Assembly (NCBI GenBank): GCA_030610815.1
Contig: JAUWRA010000044.1
Coordinates: 1 to 15,547 of the forward strand
DNA length: 15,547 bases
Source: Methanosarcinales archaeon
Lineage (GTDB): Archaea; Halobacteriota; Methanosarcinia; Methanosarcinales; Methanocomedenaceae
Reading direction: 5' to 3'
The position numbers and the translations under genes were made by a program. Numbering within the stretch: position 1 is the stretch's first letter; the number at the start of each line of letters is the position of its first letter. This document shows, piece by piece, positions 15,329-15,547 of this stretch. Below the pieces are notes generated by a model that searched no databases, was not told where the DNA came from, and saw nothing but the letters and a program-made list of their open reading frames with translations.

Positions 15329-15547
15329 TCAAGAAGCTTTCCGAGAGTATTTGGATAGATAAATTGCTCCACCATCTTCTCTATAAATTTTTTCGAAATT
15401 GTTCAAAATTGCATCCCCTGAGTACTCCAATTCGGCTATTATTGACATCATAATATATTCGTCTGAAACGTCAAACTCCTTACACAGTTCATAGATTGTT
15501 TTTCCCTCGGTGGTAAGTCCTTGTTTGACCTGTTCTTTCAAATCCAT
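15329..15547 (-). CDS. Small (72 aa) probable winged-helix DNA-binding protein
   Basis: KTIYELCKEFDVSDEYIMMSIIAELEYSGDAIL has the helix-turn-helix plus wing pattern of small wHTH proteins (FeoC/MarR-like). The ATG is the last codon of the window, so the true N-terminus could lie further upstream. It is co-directional with, and in the same frame as, the PRTase-like ORF. Confidence 0.55.
   Translation of the reverse strand: MDLKEQVKQGLTTEGKTIYELCKEFDVSDEYIMMSIIAELEYSGDAILNNFEKIYREDGGAIYLSKYSRKAS

Noticed and set aside
15329-15331. TGA as selenocysteine linking the wHTH and PRTase-like ORFs
   Set aside because: Among archaea, selenocysteine use is known mainly from Methanococcales and Methanopyrus, and I see no SECIS-like element. 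A Sec codon in an inter-domain linker would be functionally odd. It is kept only as a fusion or pseudogene possibility.
13171-15547. Retron, on the basis of PRTase-like plus wHTH genes
   Set aside because: No reverse transcriptase ORF and no msr/msd-like inverted-repeat RNA locus are visible in the window. The sequence beyond 15547 is unknown, so this can only be checked outside the window.
11315-15547. Calling the region a defined integrative mobile element or prophage
   Set aside because: No integrase, transposase, excisionase or structural genes are seen. Only one side of any element lies in the window and the repeat copies are diverged. It is reported as a hotspot or scar rather than an annotated mobile_element.

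Overview
The window reads as an archaeal chromosomal segment, methanogen or ANME-like (Methanosarcinales-type gene content). It has two parts.

**Part 1 (1-11400): housekeeping genes at mid-range GC.**
- A 3'-truncated family B DNA polymerase on the minus strand. It is missing from the supplied ORF track and was found by hand translation.
- A Zn-ribbon protein whose end overlaps pcm (protein-L-isoaspartate O-methyltransferase).
- An NreA-type DNA repair protein with a C-terminal PIP box.
- An M50 (site-2 type) metalloprotease.
- A DUS-like TIM-barrel protein with a duplicated Cys-rich C-terminal module, which looks like methanogenesis marker 9.
- A Cache-type sensor histidine kinase with no adjacent response regulator, followed by a tiny Zn-ribbon ORF and a small 2-TM protein.
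- A three-OB-fold RPA-like ssDNA-binding protein.
- A long-type FKBP PPIase.
- An intact tRNA-Ser(UGA).

**Part 2 (11315-15547): a compositional mosaic, likely accessory DNA at the tRNA-Ser locus.**
- A COG1373-type AAA+ ATPase (DUF4143-like).
- A GC-rich, 5'-truncated remnant of an Elp3-like gene.
- A second, internally deleted copy of the tRNA-Ser with its downstream flank, a direct repeat of the first.
- A very AT-rich minus-strand cassette that starts exactly where the repeat homology ends. Sampled lines count about 20-30% GC.

The cassette encodes a small winged-helix protein, a PRTase-like protein with an unknown Cys-rich C-terminal domain, and a protein with a soluble N-domain and two C-terminal TM helices. 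I consider this cassette the best candidate for an undescribed conflict or defence-type system. No integrase, transposase, reverse transcriptase, CRISPR array or rRNA is visible.
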